A DNA stretch of 64,000 nt. It comes from a candidate division FCPU426 bacterium (GTDB taxonomy: Bacteria > Oederibacteriota > Muellerivitia > Muellerivitales > Muellerivitaceae). The stretch covers positions 224,001 to 288,000 of the forward strand of contig CAWCKJ010000002.1 of assembly GCA_963796105.1 (NCBI GenBank), given 5' to 3'. Positions 61,227 to 64,000 of this stretch are shown here, piece after piece (the first letter of the stretch is position 1; each line of letters opens with the position of its first letter). The notes beneath the pieces are model-generated. The model made no database searches, was not told the origin of the DNA, and saw nothing but the letters and a program-made list of their open reading frames with translations. The position numbers and the translations under genes were made by a program.

Positions 61227-63071
61227 ATGGGAATTTTGCTGAGTTGTCAAAACATATCCAAAAGCTATGGTATCCGCCCGTTATTTGAGAACCTTTCCTT
61301 CGGACTTTTTGAGGGGGAACGGACGGGGCTCATTGGTCCCAACGGTGCCGGCAAGTCTACTTTACTCAAGATCCTCGCGGGGTTGGAACCGCCAGACAGC
61401 GGGCTTCTCTCCCTGCGCAAGGGACTAAGGGTCGGTTATCTTGCTCAAAAGGGTCTCGGGGATGGTTCCGTGGATAGTCTTGGTGTTCGGGAAACATTGG
61501 TGAAATCACTGGGCGGCCTGGGCTTGGAGGATTACGAGATCGATATTCGGGTGGAAGCCGGGCTCATGGACGCTGGATTTCGGGATCCCGAACAAAACGT
61601 CGGAAAACTTTCCGGAGGATGGCGCAAAAGACTGTCCATTTTAAGCCAAGTCCTTCGGGAGCCGGATCTTCTCCTGCTGGACGAGCCCACGAACCACCTG
61701 GACCTTGAGGGAGTCCTTTGGTTGGAGGGTTTCCTCGAAAAACTGGAGTTTCCGTTTCTGGTCGTGACCCATGACAGGCGTTTCCTGGAGAGGGTAACGG
61801 ACCGCGTGATTGAGCTCAACAAGCGTTACCCGGAAGGTTATTTATCAAGCCAGGGAAATTACAGTGAATTCCTCGAGAAGCGTTGGAACCTTTTCAACTC
61901 CCAGTCCAAGCGCGAGGACACTGTGGAAAACCTTATGCGGAGGGAAATCGAGTGGCTTCGACGAGGGCCCAAGGCCCGCCAGACCAAACAACAGGCGCGA
62001 ATCGACCGGGCCGGCGAGTTGATGGACGAACTGGACGATTTGAAATACCGCAATTCCCAGGGCAGAAGCGTTGATATCGATTTTTCGGGAAGCGGACGGC
62101 AGGCCAAGCGCCTTGTCGAGGCTTCCAAGGCATCCAAGACCCTCGGCGGTCGAAAGCTTTTCGGGGGGCTGGATTTATTACTGACTCCCGGGGACAAACT
62201 GGGGCTTTTGGGCGAGAACGGGAGCGGAAAAACCACCCTGCTGAAACTTTTAGCCGGTGAAATCCAGCCCGATTCCGGCACCGTCCGGCAGGCGGATTTA
62301 TTGCGGGTCGTGACCTTTGACCAGCACAGGGACCAGTTGGATTTAAGCCAAACCCTCCGCCAAGCCCTATGCGAGAAGGGAGACTACGTCTTCTACCGGG
62401 AAAGCCCCATCCATGTCGCCAGCTGGGCCACCCGGTTTCTCTTCGATAGGGACCAGCTCGACCGGCCCCTCAGCCGGTTCTCGGGTGGAGAGCAATCCAG
62501 GGTCCTCATCGCGCGCTTGATGTTAAAGCCCGCGGATCTCCTGCTTTTGGATGAGCCCACGAACGACTTGGATATTCCATCCCTGGAGGTCCTGGAACAG
62601 AGCCTTGTGGAATTTCCCGGGGCTTTGATACTAGTGACCCATGACCGTTATCTCCTCGACCGCGTGAGCGGCCAAATCCTGGCTTTCGACGGCAGGGGAA
62701 ATACGGAGTTTTTCGCGGATTTGTCCCAATGGGAAAATTTCAGGGAAAGGGAAATGTCAAAAGGGGCATTGAGGAAGGGGAAGAATTCCGGGCCTGATTT
62801 GCCTTCTTTTAACAAGGAATCCAAGAAGATTATGTCCTCCAAGGAACTTCGCGAGCTTAAGGAGATGGATGCAATGATTCTGTCCGCGGAGAAGGAACTT
62901 GAAGCCGCCAAAGGCAAGTTGGAGGATCTTTCCATTGCTTCGGATGCCGGTAAACTATTGGAGCAGCACAAAAAGATAGAGGATGCGCAATCCAAAGTGG
63001 AAGCGCTGTTCCGAAGATGGGAAGAATTGGAGGAAAAACGCAAAAACGAGGAAAAAGTTCAAGGCTTTTAG
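61227..63071 (+). CDS. uup: ABC-F family ATP-binding protein (Uup-like)
   Basis: Two ABC domains, EIEWLRRGPKAR linker, C-terminal coiled coil RWEELE. Confidence 0.88.
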   Translation: MGILLSCQNISKSYGIRPLFENLSFGLFEGERTGLIGPNGAGKSTLLKILAGLEPPDSGLLSLRKGLRVGYLAQKGLGDGSVDSLGVRETLVKSLGGLGLEDYEIDIRVEAGLMDAGFRDPEQNVGKLSGGWRKRLSILSQVLREPDLLLLDEPTNHLDLEGVLWLEGFLEKLEFPFLVVTHDRRFLERVTDRVIELNKRYPEGYLSSQGNYSEFLEKRWNLFNSQSKREDTVENLMRREIEWLRRGPKARQTKQQARIDRAGELMDELDDLKYRNSQGRSVDIDFSGSGRQAKRLVEASKASKTLGGRKLFGGLDLLLTPGDKLGLLGENGSGKTTLLKLLAGEIQPDSGTVRQADLLRVVTFDQHRDQLDLSQTLRQALCEKGDYVFYRESPIHVASWATRFLFDRDQLDRPLSRFSGGEQSRVLIARLMLKPADLLLLDEPTNDLDIPSLEVLEQSLVEFPGALILVTHDRYLLDRVSGQILAFDGRGNTEFFADLSQWENFREREMSKGALRKGKNSGPDLPSFNKESKKIMSSKELRELKEMDAMILSAEKELEAAKGKLEDLSIASDAGKLLEQHKKIEDAQSKVEALFRRWEELEEKRKNEEKVQGF

Positions 63072-63271
63072 GCGCTCAAAGGGAATTATGAGGTGATAAA
63101 CGATTTCAGCCGCCTAGCACAAATCCGCAAAAAACACTTATTTAAAATCGTTTTATTAAAACAGGCCTGGGTCTTGTTCAATGAAAGAGTTAAAATCAGT
63201 AAGGATATTTGGAGTTTGCCGGCGGCCCACAGGGTCGTCCCTTGGCTGCCAATTGTGTTAGGAGGTCATCT

Positions 63272-63580
63272 GTGAAAGACTTTGAGAATTTCATGAATAA
63301 TTTATCGGATAAAGATTGGAGTTGGTGGCCTTTTTTATCCTTGAGGCCGGCAAAGAATCAATTAATGGATAATGCGTTCCTGGTGAAATTAACCGCGGTG
63401 TTTGGGACGATTATCGGATTGATGACCTTTGTCATCGTTAGTTTTATCGAGATTACTGTGGCCACGCTGAATGGTTCTGTCGTTATCATGACATTCTGCT
63501 GGTTCCTGTTTTTCTTCTTGTATAAATACACTTTCGCCCGTTATTGGAATATTCGGGCTTCCCGCCTGCAAGATAAATAG
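63272..63580 (+). CDS. Small membrane protein, hypothetical
   Basis: AGGAGG RBS plus GTG; two TM segments. Confidence 0.65.
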   Translation: MKDFENFMNNLSDKDWSWWPFLSLRPAKNQLMDNAFLVKLTAVFGTIIGLMTFVIVSFIEITVATLNGSVVIMTFCWFLFFFLYKYTFARYWNIRASRLQDK

Positions 63581-63602
63581 TAAACAAGATAAATATTTGA
63601 CA

Positions 63603-64000
63603 TTAAAGTCCTATGGCTTTTTTCCATTCGGGGGATGGCGGGATCAACCGCCGAGTGCGAAGGTCGAAAAACCCAAATGTCAGTTCCATCTCTGTTGCAA
63701 TAGTTCCGTCGTCCTTGATCATCTCCTGCCGGTAGTGGCTGAGCAACCCCTTGGCGCTCACCAGCTCGAAAGTTATCTTAATTTTCTCGCGGAGGGTGAT
63801 TTCTTTTTTGAATTTTACCCTTAAATTCAGGATGATCGGACCTTTTTGGAATTCCCGGACTTTATTCAGGCCATAGCCATTCTTGGTAATGAATTCCCAG
63901 CGGGCTTCTTCAAATAACATCAGGTATGCCGCGTTGTTAATATGGCCAAAGGTATCCAGGTGGGATTCCCTTATCGTCACTTCATAAAAGAATGGAGGGA
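63603..64000 (-). CDS. Acyl-CoA thioesterase (4HBT/YbgC-like), 5' end outside window
   Basis: HLDTFGHINNAAYL.LFEEAR; frame stays open to the window edge. Confidence 0.88.
   Translation of the reverse strand, partial: PPFFYEVTIRESHLDTFGHINNAAYLMLFEEARWEFITKNGYGLNKVREFQKGPIILNLRVKFKKEITLREKIKITFELVSAKGLLSHYRQEMIKDDGTIATEMELTFGFFDLRTRRLIPPSPEWKKAIGL

Overview
This is a 64-kb chromosomal window from a diderm bacterium (TonB system, OM receptors, type IV pilin, chemotaxis genes); the lineage cannot be fixed from sequence alone. In order it holds the end of an arsenic-resistance cluster (arsC'-acr3-arsC plus two damaged accessory genes), a ~1,950-aa secreted protein with a ~1,150-residue Thr/Pro stalk and a T9SS-like C-terminus, and a GAF-GGDEF cyclase. 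Next come a TBDR-exbB-exbD-tonB-(IS)-phosphoesterase unit divergent from a CusRS/CzcRS-type two-component cluster, and a Thr/Cys-rich lipoprotein bracketed by two MITEs. After those lie convergent CBS-GGDEF and EAL genes, two full-length RpoD-like paralogues, a che cluster, an OlsF-like lipid synthase, and housekeeping or transport genes. Two apparently identical 1,644-bp IS1380-family copies have TATTA target duplications. The most unusual signal is a ~900-bp non-coding array (33.8-34.7 kb) of four or five different motifs spaced mostly at multiples of ~10.5 bp. It ends on the promoter of a membrane-anchored winged-helix protein and is a candidate nucleoprotein scaffold or DNA-tethering system. 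Intergenic DNA also shows repeated nesting of palindromic repeats inside each other. All product calls come from motif recognition by eye, not from database searches.
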